DNA from: Candidatus Woesebacteria bacterium
GTDB taxonomy: Bacteria > Patescibacteriota > Microgenomatia > UBA1400 > UBA12028
Direction: 5' to 3'
Length of the DNA stretch: 64,000 nucleotides
Assembly: GCA_040006915.1 (NCBI GenBank)
Contig: JBDTWD010000004.1
Span: forward strand, 1,033 to 65,032
How positions within the stretch are numbered: the first letter of the stretch is position 1; each line of letters opens with the position of its first letter. The notes beneath the pieces are model-generated. The model was not told the DNA's origin. It did not search any database and was given only the letters and a program-made list of their open reading frames with translations. The position numbers and the translations under genes are program-made. This document shows, one piece after another, positions 39,307 through 48,676 of this stretch.

Positions 39307-41624
39307 ATCTTATTTTGACCTAAAGCACGATATGTTCCTCGGAAAGACTCAAGCTGCTTTTTTGTAAAGCAGTTTCGAGTGTCGTAAATAAGTCGCAAGT
39401 TAGGGAAATTTGAAAGATCAATCTCTTTGTACTGATCATGATCAGTTACTACTACCCATATATTTGCTTTTCGTAGAGCTTGTTCTTGCCCAGTGATTAG
39501 CTTTATTTTTACAAAAGGGTCAGTCACATATGTCTTGTACTTTTTCTCCAGGATTTCGAATAGTGGTTGCGCTGGTGTCTCTCTATAATCATCAACATTC
39601 TTTTTGTACGCATACCCCAGAAGCGCAATAATTGGTTTTTCGATTTTTCTCTTACTGATCATTTTCGAGATCTCTTTGGCAATGTACTTAGGCATCACCT
39701 TATTCTTTTTGAGTGCAGCTTCAATTACAGTCGCATTGGAACTACCTCCGACAAAGAACCAAGGGTCTATTGGTATGCAGTGTCCTCCCACTCCTGGTCC
39801 AGGCTGATGGATCTGTACTCGTGGGTGTTTATTTGCGAGCGTAATCGCCTCCCAAACATCAAAATCCAGTTCCTGCGCTAACTGAGAAAATTCATTTGCC
39901 AGGGCAATGTTAACCGCCCGATAAGTATTTTCCATGACTTTGCAGCTTGCCGCAATGATAGTGTTTGTCTGATGAATTGGACCTTTTACAAAAAGCGCAT
40001 ACAAATCTGCTACAGTCTGTGACGACTCTGGAGTATCTCCACCAATAATTCGATCGTTTTTTACCATCTCCCATAATGTGTTCCCTGGAATTGCTCGTTC
40101 AGGACAATGAGCGAAATGAAAAGGAATTTTCCATGCACGAATGAGTGGAATAAGTTCATCAACGCAGTCGCGAGGGCCGATTGTCGACTCAACGATTATT
40201 GTTTGATTCGGCTGAAAAACAGGCTTAATACTGTTAATTGCCGCGCGGACATATTTCAGATCAGCTTTCCCATGTATTTGAGGAGTTGGAACAGAAATAA
40301 GATAATACTCACTACTTTCAACCGTATCGGTGATATGAAAAGTGTTTTTGAGCTGTACACGAGAAAAAAGCTCAGGTAATCCATTTTCCTGAAATGGAAG
40401 TACTCCTTTTCTCAATACATCTCTCTTTTCTTTACTGATATCAAAACCATACACCTCAATTTCCTGCTCAGCTATGAGAAGAGCCGTTGGAAGACCAATA
40501 TATCCAAGTCCCAGAACACTCACAGATTTCTCTTTCTTTTTCATAGGCTGTTTATCCTTTAAGAACTGTTGCAATGAAGAAACAATTTTACTTGCGGCCA
40601 TTCCTGAACCTAATTCATCCGACCAACTCACCTTCTTTAATATATACGCTGACCATGCTTCGTCGAACTTATTTTGATCAGTTCCAATAATAAAGTTAGC
40701 CGATAGCGTTTCAGGTCGTTCAGTCGAGGTACGTAACGTGATTAGCGGTCTTTTTAATAAGTAGGCCTCCTCTTGTAATCCGCCCGAATCTGTCATTACA
40801 AGTGTTGCATTACTCATAGCAGCTAGCATGTCAATGTAACCTAATGGGGGGGTGGTCAATATGAAGCTCGGCAACTTCATATTCTCCTTTTCTAAAAGAC
40901 TGAGAATTCTAGGGTGCAGTGGCCAGAGAAATATTTTTTGTATCTTCCGGTGTGCGTGTTCTAAGAGTGAGAGTAAATTTGCAAATGATTCTTTGTTATC
41001 GGTATTCTCAGCACGATGAGCAGTTACTAGTACATACTGAAGTGGCTTCAGTTTGTGTTGTGTTAGGAACATCGATTTTTTAGAAAAAGGGAGGTGATCC
41101 CTGAGTGCATCAACAACGGTATTCCCTGTCACAATAATAGAATCTTTTGAAATTCCCTCTTTCAATAGGTTCTGTTGTGCTAACTTTGTTGGTGCAAACA
41201 TTAGATCGCTAATTCGATCAGTCAAAATTCTATTAATTTCTTCAGGCATTGCATAATCAAAACTTCGTAGACCAGCTTCAACGTGAGCAACCGGGATATG
41301 AAGTTTTTTCGCAGCAAGCGCACCCGATAAAGTTGTGTTCGTATCTCCATGAACGAGAATAATCTCAGGCTTATATCGAATACACGCTTCTTCAACTCCA
41401 ACCATAATTCTACCCGTTTGGACGGCATGACTTCCAGAACCAACTCGTAGGTGAACATCTGGAGATGGTAGCGACAAATCTTTTAGGATGAGACCATCCA
41501 TTTCTTCAGAATAATGTTGATTCGAATGAATGAAGAGAAATGGTATTTCTTTCCGTTGTAATTCTCGTATTACCGGAGCCATCTTAATAATTTCAGGTCG
41601 CGTTCCTACTAATAGTGCAATCAT
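39303..41624 (-). CDS. wecB-wecC: Bifunctional fusion: UDP-GlcNAc 2-epimerase (WecB-like, N-terminal) and UDP-N-acetyl-D-mannosamine dehydrogenase (WecC-like, C-terminal)
   Basis: N-terminal MIALLVGTRPEIIKMAPVIREL…HVEAGLRSFDYAMPEEINRILTDRISDL… is the non-hydrolysing 2-epimerase. From about residue 360, …VSVLGLGYIGLPTALLIAEQ…GFDISKEKRDVL… is the NAD-binding Rossmann fold of the UDP-sugar 6-dehydrogenase family, followed by …VGGHCIPIDPWF…. 773 aa continuous. Confidence 0.85.
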   Translation of the reverse strand: MIALLVGTRPEIIKMAPVIRELQRKEIPFLFIHSNQHYSEEMDGLILKDLSLPSPDVHLRVGSGSHAVQTGRIMVGVEEACIRYKPEIILVHGDTNTTLSGALAAKKLHIPVAHVEAGLRSFDYAMPEEINRILTDRISDLMFAPTKLAQQNLLKEGISKDSIIVTGNTVVDALRDHLPFSKKSMFLTQHKLKPLQYVLVTAHRAENTDNKESFANLLSLLEHAHRKIQKIFLWPLHPRILSLLEKENMKLPSFILTTPPLGYIDMLAAMSNATLVMTDSGGLQEEAYLLKRPLITLRTSTERPETLSANFIIGTDQNKFDEAWSAYILKKVSWSDELGSGMAASKIVSSLQQFLKDKQPMKKKEKSVSVLGLGYIGLPTALLIAEQEIEVYGFDISKEKRDVLRKGVLPFQENGLPELFSRVQLKNTFHITDTVESSEYYLISVPTPQIHGKADLKYVRAAINSIKPVFQPNQTIIVESTIGPRDCVDELIPLIRAWKIPFHFAHCPERAIPGNTLWEMVKNDRIIGGDTPESSQTVADLYALFVKGPIHQTNTIIAASCKVMENTYRAVNIALANEFSQLAQELDFDVWEAITLANKHPRVQIHQPGPGVGGHCIPIDPWFFVGGSSNATVIEAALKKNKVMPKYIAKEISKMISKRKIEKPIIALLGYAYKKNVDDYRETPAQPLFEILEKKYKTYVTDPFVKIKLITGQEQALRKANIWVVVTDHDQYKEIDLSNFPNLRLIYDTRNCFTKKQLESFRGTYRALGQNKI

Positions 41625-41634
41625 AACTGTAGTC

Positions 41635-42804
41635 TTACATCGTTAATCGATACGTATTCAATAGTAGTCGACCGATGCTATCCATTGAATAATTTTCTTG
41701 AATAAGCCTTTTCGCATTCGCCCCTGCTATTTTCCTGAGTTTAGGGTCATCTATCATTTTTTGCAATGCCTTCGCCAATGCTTTCGGCTCAGGCTTTACA
41801 ATCAAGCCACTTTTTGTCTTACCGACCTCATCAAAATGACAACCTGTAGTCAAAACAAGTGGTAGGCCGGTAGATCCTGCCTCCAATATTCCAAGAGAGA
41901 AACCTTCCGAATATGAAGGGTATACAAAAATGTCAGAAGCTTTAAAGAGGTCTGCCTTTTTCTTTCCGTAACAAGTTCCAATCAAATTAATATTGATAAG
42001 ACCTTTTTGCCGTATAAGTTCACGAAGCTCTGTGGCATATCCGTCATCAGATCCAGCGATCACGAATTTTAGCTTATCCAAATGAAGTAAATCGGCCGCC
42101 TCGACGAGAAGATCTAATCCTTTAATTTTGTGAATTCTACCTAAGAAAGTAATAATTGTCTCATCAGGACGTAATTTCCAGGACTTCTTTGCCGCTGCTT
42201 TTGTGAGATTTGATTGAAATTCAACTGGGTTAACACCGTGTCCAAAAAGAACGATAGCGTCATCTTTCACACCGTACTCTTGGTACGCGGATACTTCATT
42301 TTGAGAGGTTGCTACTACTTTTGAAGCATGATGAAGCAGCCACTTTCCTCCAAATCGGAGAAAGACTTTTTTAAAAAGGCTACGCTGAGCAATACGCTGT
42401 GTTTCCAAGCATCCGTGAACACTCAATATATATGGCTTTGAGAAAATTTGTGCTAGCAATGCGATCCATACGTTGTGAGGAGTATAAAAATCATGCAAAT
42501 GAATAACATCTGTTTGAGGTATTTCCCAGAGAGTTCGTAGGAAAAGGCCTGGCGCACAGTAGATATTGTAAGTATACGTCAACTTATTAAAAATATTACG
42601 GAAATAAAAGATTCGCAATGAATCTCTTTTTGGTATTCGCAATCTTCGCGGCATTCGAGATTCTTGATCATAGGCGTCAGAGGTAAAGACAGTTACTTGA
42701 TGTCCTTCCCGCTCAAAATACAGACATGTGTCATAGACCAGTTTTGCCGGACCACCATATGACCAAGCGGGATAAAAATATGGTACAACTTGTAAGATTT
42801 TCAT
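41635..42804 (-). CDS. GT4 glycosyltransferase
   Basis: MKILQVVPYFYPAWSYGGPAKLV… and …YPSYSEGFSLGILEAGSTGLPLVLT…. Confidence 0.8.
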   Translation of the reverse strand: MKILQVVPYFYPAWSYGGPAKLVYDTCLYFEREGHQVTVFTSDAYDQESRMPRRLRIPKRDSLRIFYFRNIFNKLTYTYNIYCAPGLFLRTLWEIPQTDVIHLHDFYTPHNVWIALLAQIFSKPYILSVHGCLETQRIAQRSLFKKVFLRFGGKWLLHHASKVVATSQNEVSAYQEYGVKDDAIVLFGHGVNPVEFQSNLTKAAAKKSWKLRPDETIITFLGRIHKIKGLDLLVEAADLLHLDKLKFVIAGSDDGYATELRELIRQKGLININLIGTCYGKKKADLFKASDIFVYPSYSEGFSLGILEAGSTGLPLVLTTGCHFDEVGKTKSGLIVKPEPKALAKALQKMIDDPKLRKIAGANAKRLIQENYSMDSIGRLLLNTYRLTM

Positions 42805-43691
42805 AGAGAGCGGATGACTTCGTCAACACTCCGAAAATGAAGAAGTAATGCTTTCTCAGACTCTTTAGAATCTAGGCAAGCAAACTTCAATCGTAACTCG
42901 GACTTCTTTTTACCAATAATTGACTCTAACGGGACAGACTGAATTAATGCCTTACTATACCCCAAAGACGCAGCTATTTTACAAGCAAATGAATATGGTG
43001 TTAGGAGCTTAAGTGCCGATACATGAAAAATCCCTCTTGGTTTTTTTTGAACACATTTTCGAATGGCAAGTGCGATATCGGGAAAATAGGTTGGGGTCAT
43101 CCAGTGATCGTTCGCCATTCTCACCTGACTACCATTTTTTAACTTCGAAGATATTTTTTGCCACAACGAGGATTTCGCTGTAGGAGAGTATGCAATGACT
43201 GCCCGTAATATCGTATAAGAACAGCCTGAATCACAAATGACTTTTTCAGCGGCAGCTTTTGTAATACCATACCAATTTATAGGGCTTGGGTGATCGGATT
43301 TCGTATATGATTTTTTGACACCATCAAATACGCATTCAGTTGAAAGAAAGATCAAATGAGTATTTGTTTGCGCACAGTACCTGGCAATTTGAGCAGTCGA
43401 ATCCACGTTTGTCTGCCAAACAATGCCATTTTCTCCATTTATCCTATCAACCTCACAGGCATCTATGTGTGTGAAGGCACCCAAATGAACAAAAACATCT
43501 GGGTGAATTTTCTTCAATGTTCTACGCATACGAATACGATCATTCAAATTAAACCGAAAATTTGAAACAACCCGAGAATCCACTGTCGGCTTTGTGTGAA
43601 ACAAATCAACTACACTTACTTTTGAAGAAATCTCTTGTAAAAGAAATTGACCGACTTCACCACTTAATCCTGTAATTGCAATAGTTGGCAT
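42801..43691 (-). CDS. SDR-family NAD(P)-dependent sugar-nucleotide reductase/epimerase (RmlD-like)
   Basis: N-terminal MPTIAITGLSGEVGQ… glycine-rich loop and catalytic YGITKAAAEK (YxxxK). About 296 aa, as for RmlD-type reductases. The substrate is unknown. Confidence 0.5.
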   Translation of the reverse strand: MPTIAITGLSGEVGQFLLQEISSKVSVVDLFHTKPTVDSRVVSNFRFNLNDRIRMRRTLKKIHPDVFVHLGAFTHIDACEVDRINGENGIVWQTNVDSTAQIARYCAQTNTHLIFLSTECVFDGVKKSYTKSDHPSPINWYGITKAAAEKVICDSGCSYTILRAVIAYSPTAKSSLWQKISSKLKNGSQVRMANDHWMTPTYFPDIALAIRKCVQKKPRGIFHVSALKLLTPYSFACKIAASLGYSKALIQSVPLESIIGKKKSELRLKFACLDSKESEKALLLHFRSVDEVIRSL

Positions 43692-43694
43692 AGG

Positions 43695-44738
43695 TTAAAT
43701 AAATTGCCAAGCAACTTTCCAGTACATTAAAAGAATTGGATTAAGGACATATTTCATAAAAGGATGATCAAAAAGCTTGAACTCTATTTTCGATTCAAAA
43801 TTACGGGTAAGCACATGGTCACTGTTTCTCCTTTGCTTTTGAGTACGTCTTCGAGAATCAAAAAGTGATTTCCTACATTCCCATATCGAGACGTATGTGT
43901 GTAGTTTTACTACTAACCACCCTTTCGTTGCGAAGTAGACTAAAAGAGCGGACTCCATAAGAAGGAATATTGGCAGTAAGATAAGGAGAGTTCTTGCCGA
44001 ATAGTTTTTAAAGTAAGTATAGAGTCGATTTCGTTCTGCCCAAAACAGTTTTTTTCTAGCTGCTTGATACTCTTCATCTGGTAAAAACTTGTAGTCATGA
44101 TAAATCCTACTTTCTGCGCAGTAATAGATTGAGTAACCCAACATTCTTAGTCTCCAGCTCAGATCTGAATCCTCGTAGTACATAAAGTAAGAGCGATCAA
44201 GCCCTCCTACTTTTTGTAGAGCTTGAACGCGCAGTAAGACCCCCGATCCACTAAAAGATAGTATTTCTCCAGAGCTTCGTACAATCGTTGATTCGTAATC
44301 ACGTATCCAGTCAAATCCTAAATAGTGAGTAACTTTACCACTAAGATTTATTTTCTTGGGACTTTTATCAAGGTAAACGAGTGGTTGAACTGCAGCTATT
44401 CTGGAGTTCTTCTCTATTAATTCAACAAGAGGCTCAAGGAATGTTGGAGTTACAGTTGTGTCTGGATTAAGCAGAAAAACAAACATACCCTTGGCCTTCG
44501 ATATTCCAAGTGTGTGCCCACCTGCATATCCAGTATTTTCAGAGTTAAGGTATACATGCACCAAAGAGGAACTTTTCTGTGCGATAGGTATTGTATTATC
44601 AGTCGATCCGTTGTCGACGACAATGATTTCAATTGGAAAGTATGTAACCTTCCCAAGAACTTGTAAACATTTTTTTATGTATTTCTCTGAGTTATAAGTC
44701 ACGACAATACATGAAACCAACGGCTTCTTCATAGCCAT
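43695..44738 (-). CDS. GT2 glycosyltransferase (RfbF-like)
   Basis: LVSCIVVTYNSEKYIKKC…IIVVDNGSTDNT…LLNPDTTV…GSGVLLRVQ…MYYEDSDLSWRL. Start at MAMKKPL (44738); the ORF extends to 44756. Confidence 0.8.
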   Translation of the reverse strand: MAMKKPLVSCIVVTYNSEKYIKKCLQVLGKVTYFPIEIIVVDNGSTDNTIPIAQKSSSLVHVYLNSENTGYAGGHTLGISKAKGMFVFLLNPDTTVTPTFLEPLVELIEKNSRIAAVQPLVYLDKSPKKINLSGKVTHYLGFDWIRDYESTIVRSSGEILSFSGSGVLLRVQALQKVGGLDRSYFMYYEDSDLSWRLRMLGYSIYYCAESRIYHDYKFLPDEEYQAARKKLFWAERNRLYTYFKNYSARTLLILLPIFLLMESALLVYFATKGWLVVKLHTYVSIWECRKSLFDSRRRTQKQRRNSDHVLTRNFESKIEFKLFDHPFMKYVLNPILLMYWKVAWQFI

Positions 44739-45733
44739 CCTTCTTTGGAATACCACGCACCCGTAATTTGGCTTCCTTTTTTAAATGAAGTTTTAGGTAC
44801 ATATTCAATTTCAGTTTTTGCTTTCTCAATCTTATACCAATATGTGGTTGTCATTGTCCGTACTCTAGAAGGAAATAACGGCAGGGCAATGCCTGAAATA
44901 GCTGTCACAAATTGAAAAACATATGCGAAAGCCAATGCGACATACGTTGGCAGTGAGAAGGTGGGGGGTGACACGTGTATTGAGGCAGCCACATCATGGA
45001 CGATTTCTCGAAATGAGAGCGGGTGAGGTCCAGCCAAAATGTATTCGCCGGCCGTTTTCTTGCTCTGCTCTGCCAACCTCGCCCCAAAAACAAGATCTTT
45101 TACAAAAACGTAGTGCATTTTGTTTTCACCATTCCCAATCAAAAGGAATTGGTGGTGGGCCATTGCTCTGTAGAGAGCCAACGTGGGACCTTTTTCACGA
45201 GGACCATAGACACTTGCCGGCCTGACAATTGCATACGGCAACCCCGTTTTCTTATGTGCCTTCCGTACAAGTTCTTCCCCTTCCCACTTAGACTGCCCAT
45301 AGAAATTACTGTAGGTATACGGGTGCGTTTCATCCCATCCATCGATATTGCCCACGCCGGCAGGCAAACCATACACTCCTATACTACTAAAAAAGACAAA
45401 TTTTTTCACACCATATTTTTGCGCCGCAGCCAATAAATATGCAGTGGCATCAACGTTTATATCTCTATATTCTTCATAGGTTTTTCCGTCAAAATCGATA
45501 CGTGCAGCCAGGTGATAAACCACATCACATCCTTTAACAGCGCGAAACATCTTTGTCTTTGAACGAATATCGGCATAGATAATCTCAAAGGGTAAATTAG
45601 GAAGATTATCCAAAGTTTCGCCAGGCTTAATAACGAGTCTCATATTGCCGGGACGAATACCTTCTGATAATAAAAGATCTACCAAGTGACTTCCAATGAA
45701 TCCTCCAGCGCCAGTAATAAGAAATTTTTTCAT
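44729..45733 (-). CDS. NAD-dependent sugar epimerase/dehydratase (extended SDR)
   Basis: [25 protein letters not shown]… and catalytic YGQSKWEGE. Start at MKKFLITG (45733); the ORF extends to 45751. Confidence 0.75.
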   Translation of the reverse strand: MKKFLITGAGGFIGSHLVDLLLSEGIRPGNMRLVIKPGETLDNLPNLPFEIIYADIRSKTKMFRAVKGCDVVYHLAARIDFDGKTYEEYRDINVDATAYLLAAAQKYGVKKFVFFSSIGVYGLPAGVGNIDGWDETHPYTYSNFYGQSKWEGEELVRKAHKKTGLPYAIVRPASVYGPREKGPTLALYRAMAHHQFLLIGNGENKMHYVFVKDLVFGARLAEQSKKTAGEYILAGPHPLSFREIVHDVAASIHVSPPTFSLPTYVALAFAYVFQFVTAISGIALPLFPSRVRTMTTTYWYKIEKAKTEIEYVPKTSFKKGSQITGAWYSKEGWL

Positions 45734-46668
45734 AAAGTTTTTGTGTACCATTCTATAGTTTCTTGAAGACCTTCTTCAAACGTTACAACTGATTCGAAGC
45801 CAAATTCCCGTTTTGCACGTTTCACATCAAGCTTTCGTCGAGGTTGTCCATCTGGCTTTGTTGCGTCAAATACAATTTGACCAGAAAAACCGACAAATTT
45901 AGCGATTAAATGTGACAAATCGAAGATACTTATTTCAAAACTGCTACCAATATTGACGGGACTGCTCTTTTCATATTTTTGCGTTGCAAGAACGATCGCT
46001 CTTGCGCAATCATCCACGTACAAAAATTCTCGTGTTGGTTTTCCTGTGCCCCAAACACTCACTTTTTTTAACTGCTCGCGTTTTGCGTCCACGAATTTTT
46101 TAATAAGCGCGGGAATAACGTGACTTGAGTTCGGATTAAAGTTGTCTCCAGGTCCATAGAGATTAACCGGAAGAAGATAAATTGAATTGAACCCATATTG
46201 TTCCTTATACGCTTGTCCCTGTACAAGCATCATCTTCTTGGCAAGACCATATGGGGCATTTGTTTCTTCTGGATATCCGTTCCAAAGATCTGATTCCTTA
46301 AATGGGATTTCTGTATATTTTGGATAGGCACAAATTGTTCCAATGGCAACAAATTTTTCAACACTTGCCAAACGAGATTCTTCCATCAGATGGACACCCA
46401 TCGTTAGGTTATCATAAAATAAACTACCTGGATTTTCTTTGTTATAACCAATTCCGCCAACATTTGCAGCTAGATGAATCACTATATCCATTCCAAGAAC
46501 GACCTCTTTACAAACTAATTCTTTTCGAAGATCAAATTGAGCAGAACGAGGAGTATAAATCGAATTTTTTTGGGCACCATTTTTGAGTAGTTCTTTAACT
46601 ACTCGCGATCCAACGAAACCGGCACCTCCGGTTACAAGAATTTTTTTCTTTGACAAATCCATACGCAA
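45730..46668 (-). CDS. fcl: GDP-L-fucose synthase (GDP-4-keto-6-deoxymannose 3,5-epimerase/4-reductase)
   Basis: [12 protein letters not shown]…[22 protein letters not shown]…PYGLAKKM…[24 protein letters not shown]…TREFLYVDD…[17 protein letters not shown]… is collinear with the Fcl/GMER hallmark blocks (NLYGPxDNFxPxNSHVIPAL, PDGxPRKxLDV). Confidence 0.8.
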   Translation of the reverse strand: MRMDLSKKKILVTGGAGFVGSRVVKELLKNGAQKNSIYTPRSAQFDLRKELVCKEVVLGMDIVIHLAANVGGIGYNKENPGSLFYDNLTMGVHLMEESRLASVEKFVAIGTICAYPKYTEIPFKESDLWNGYPEETNAPYGLAKKMMLVQGQAYKEQYGFNSIYLLPVNLYGPGDNFNPNSSHVIPALIKKFVDAKREQLKKVSVWGTGKPTREFLYVDDCARAIVLATQKYEKSSPVNIGSSFEISIFDLSHLIAKFVGFSGQIVFDATKPDGQPRRKLDVKRAKREFGFESVVTFEEGLQETIEWYTKTL

Positions 46669-46736
46669 GCAGAATACACTGGATGTCGAGGCTATGCAAT
46701 TGCAGCATGCCTAGCTACTGAGAATAGAGTCGCTCC

Positions 46737-47105
46737 TTATTTTTTAGGTGACTCAATCGCATTGTCAATGGCTTTCTTACGAACTATTTGTTCCATTTTC
46801 TTCTCCAATTTCTTTTGTTCGATTCGATTCGTAAAAGTCAAGAAAATGACAATCATTAATGCCGCCACCACCAAAAGATCAAAGACTCTTGCTATGTGTA
46901 GCGTTTGAACCACACCATTTACACTTTCAGGAAAGATGGCGAGAGTGATAAAAATAGTCCACAATGCCATCCATACACCATACTCGAAACTTTCGAGATG
47001 GTTTTTACGTCGATGAATTCGGACAACATACATCATGAACAGTCCAAAAACCACCGAGATTATTTGTAGAAGCATCATAAGCCTATTCTCCATTCTACTA
47101 GACAT
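46737..47105 (-). CDS. Small 4-TM membrane protein (DUF2304/GtrA-like partner of the GT2)
   Basis: About 115 to 122 aa, four hydrophobic helices and a basic C-terminal tail. Directly downstream of, and overlapping, a DPM1-like GT2, which is the usual layout for these small polyprenol-P-sugar-associated membrane proteins. Possible starts at 47105, 47093 or 47078. Confidence 0.4.
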   Translation of the reverse strand: MSSRMENRLMMLLQIISVVFGLFMMYVVRIHRRKNHLESFEYGVWMALWTIFITLAIFPESVNGVVQTLHIARVFDLLVVAALMIVIFLTFTNRIEQKKLEKKMEQIVRKKAIDNAIESPKK

Positions 47106-47731
47106 CTGCAGATATGCAGAGCATCGAGTGCTGTCATCCCTTTGTCTGTATCGTGATAAATCGATTCGATTTCTACTGTTGTAAACGGAACTTTCTCTTT
47201 CGCGACCCTCATGGCAATTTCGGTCTCAACTTCATATCCAGTTGATTTCCATTTCACACTTTCATACCCACGGTTGGTTAACGCCTTATAGCCAGACGGG
47301 ATATCAGGAATATATCCTCCGTAGAGCATATTGAGAAGTACCGAAGCTCCTTTATTGCCCAAAAAACGTATAAGCGGCATACTCGCCCCCATGCTCCGTA
47401 CTCCGAATACGACATCCGCCTCAAGAAGTTTCTCTTTAAATTTGGGAATCTCTTTGGGATCATGCTGGTCATCTGCATCCATAAAAATAACCGCATCTAC
47501 TTTTAATTTAGAAAAAGCATATTCTGCCCCAGTGCGCATCGAGGCTCCCTTTCCTAAATTAACTTCATGAGACAAGATATGTGGAGTGAATTTTCTAGCT
47601 ATTTCAGGACTGCCATCTGAAGAACCATCATCAACGTACACAATATGAGGAGAGAACTTACGTACCTTTTTTAGTACCCGAGCCAGATATTGTTTTTCAT
47701 TGAGGCCAGGAATTACAACGGTGATATTCAT
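47075..47731 (-). CDS. GT2 polyprenol-phosphate glycosyltransferase (DPM1/GtrB-like)
   Basis: MNITVVIPGLNEKQYL…VYVDDGSSDGS…IFMDADDQHDPKEIPKF…. 218 aa soluble catalytic domain. Confidence 0.8.
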   Translation of the reverse strand: MNITVVIPGLNEKQYLARVLKKVRKFSPHIVYVDDGSSDGSPEIARKFTPHILSHEVNLGKGASMRTGAEYAFSKLKVDAVIFMDADDQHDPKEIPKFKEKLLEADVVFGVRSMGASMPLIRFLGNKGASVLLNMLYGGYIPDIPSGYKALTNRGYESVKWKSTGYEVETEIAMRVAKEKVPFTTVEIESIYHDTDKGMTALDALHICRCLVEWRIGL

Positions 47732-47770
47732 CGCCGTATCTTATCAGATCGAAAAAACACTTGCTGTAAT

Positions 47771-48676
47771 TTATATTTTCCCAGAGGTTCTAAACCATTC
47801 GACGGTCTGAGCAAGACCATAGGCAAGATCCGTGGTTGCTTCCCACCTAAGCTGTTCCTTAGCTTTACTGCTGTCAGCAAATAAAAGGAGCGGATCACCT
47901 GCACGAGCAGGAAAATTTTTTATTTTGGCAGTTTTTCCAACTAGTTTTTCCAACATAACAACCATATCTTTTACACTCGTTGCGTTCTTCCCTGACAAAT
48001 TAAAATAATGATATTTGTCCTTTTGAAGATCCAAACACTTGATATGAGCAGCAACGATATCATCAATATATACATAGTCACGTTGGTGCTCTCCAGCACC
48101 CCAGACGGTCACTTCTTCTCCACTAGCAATCTGGGTGATAAACCGAGGAATCGCATGAGTTTCAGGGACATGGTTTTCTCCTGGTCCATACAAGTTAAAA
48201 TAGCGTAGACCAACACACGTAAATCCATGCGCATATGAATATGAAGAAGCTAAACCTTCCATAGCAAGTTTTGTCATTCCGTATGGGTTAATCGGCATAG
48301 TGCGGTCATCTTCAAAAATCGGCACTCGAACTGGCTCTCCATATACGGCGGCACTGGAACTAAAAATACAGGTTTTAATATTTGCCAAACGCATTTCTTC
48401 TAGAAGTACGACAAATCCAAGGACATTATTTCTAGTGTACTCATAGGGTTGAGTAACCGACTCTCCAGCTTGAATAAGTGCAGCAAGATGGAAAACCGCT
48501 TCTATCCCTTCCAGAGCCCGTTTTACGGTATCGCTATCACACACATCTCCAACTATCGTTTCACACTCAGGATTGCTCACACGATCTAATACTCTCACTG
48601 TATGGCCTAATTTTTGTAGCTGATGAGTTAAACGAGTGCCTAGAAATCCAGCGCCTCCGGTGATGAGTATTTTCAT
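47771..48676 (-). CDS. NAD-dependent sugar epimerase (GalE/WbpP-like UDP-hexose 4-epimerase family)
   Basis: MKILITGGAGFLGTRL…SSSAAVYGEP…catalytic YGMTKLAME…RYFNLYGPG…. Confidence 0.75.
   Translation of the reverse strand: MKILITGGAGFLGTRLTHQLQKLGHTVRVLDRVSNPECETIVGDVCDSDTVKRALEGIEAVFHLAALIQAGESVTQPYEYTRNNVLGFVVLLEEMRLANIKTCIFSSSAAVYGEPVRVPIFEDDRTMPINPYGMTKLAMEGLASSYSYAHGFTCVGLRYFNLYGPGENHVPETHAIPRFITQIASGEEVTVWGAGEHQRDYVYIDDIVAAHIKCLDLQKDKYHYFNLSGKNATSVKDMVVMLEKLVGKTAKIKNFPARAGDPLLLFADSSKAKEQLRWEATTDLAYGLAQTVEWFRTSGKI

Noticed and set aside
44729-45733. I considered GDP-mannose 4,6-dehydratase (Gmd) for the SDR gene next to fcl.
   Set aside because: It lacks the Gmd N-terminal TGxTGQDGSYLAE signature and the characteristic internal blocks. 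I kept it as a generic NAD-dependent epimerase/dehydratase.
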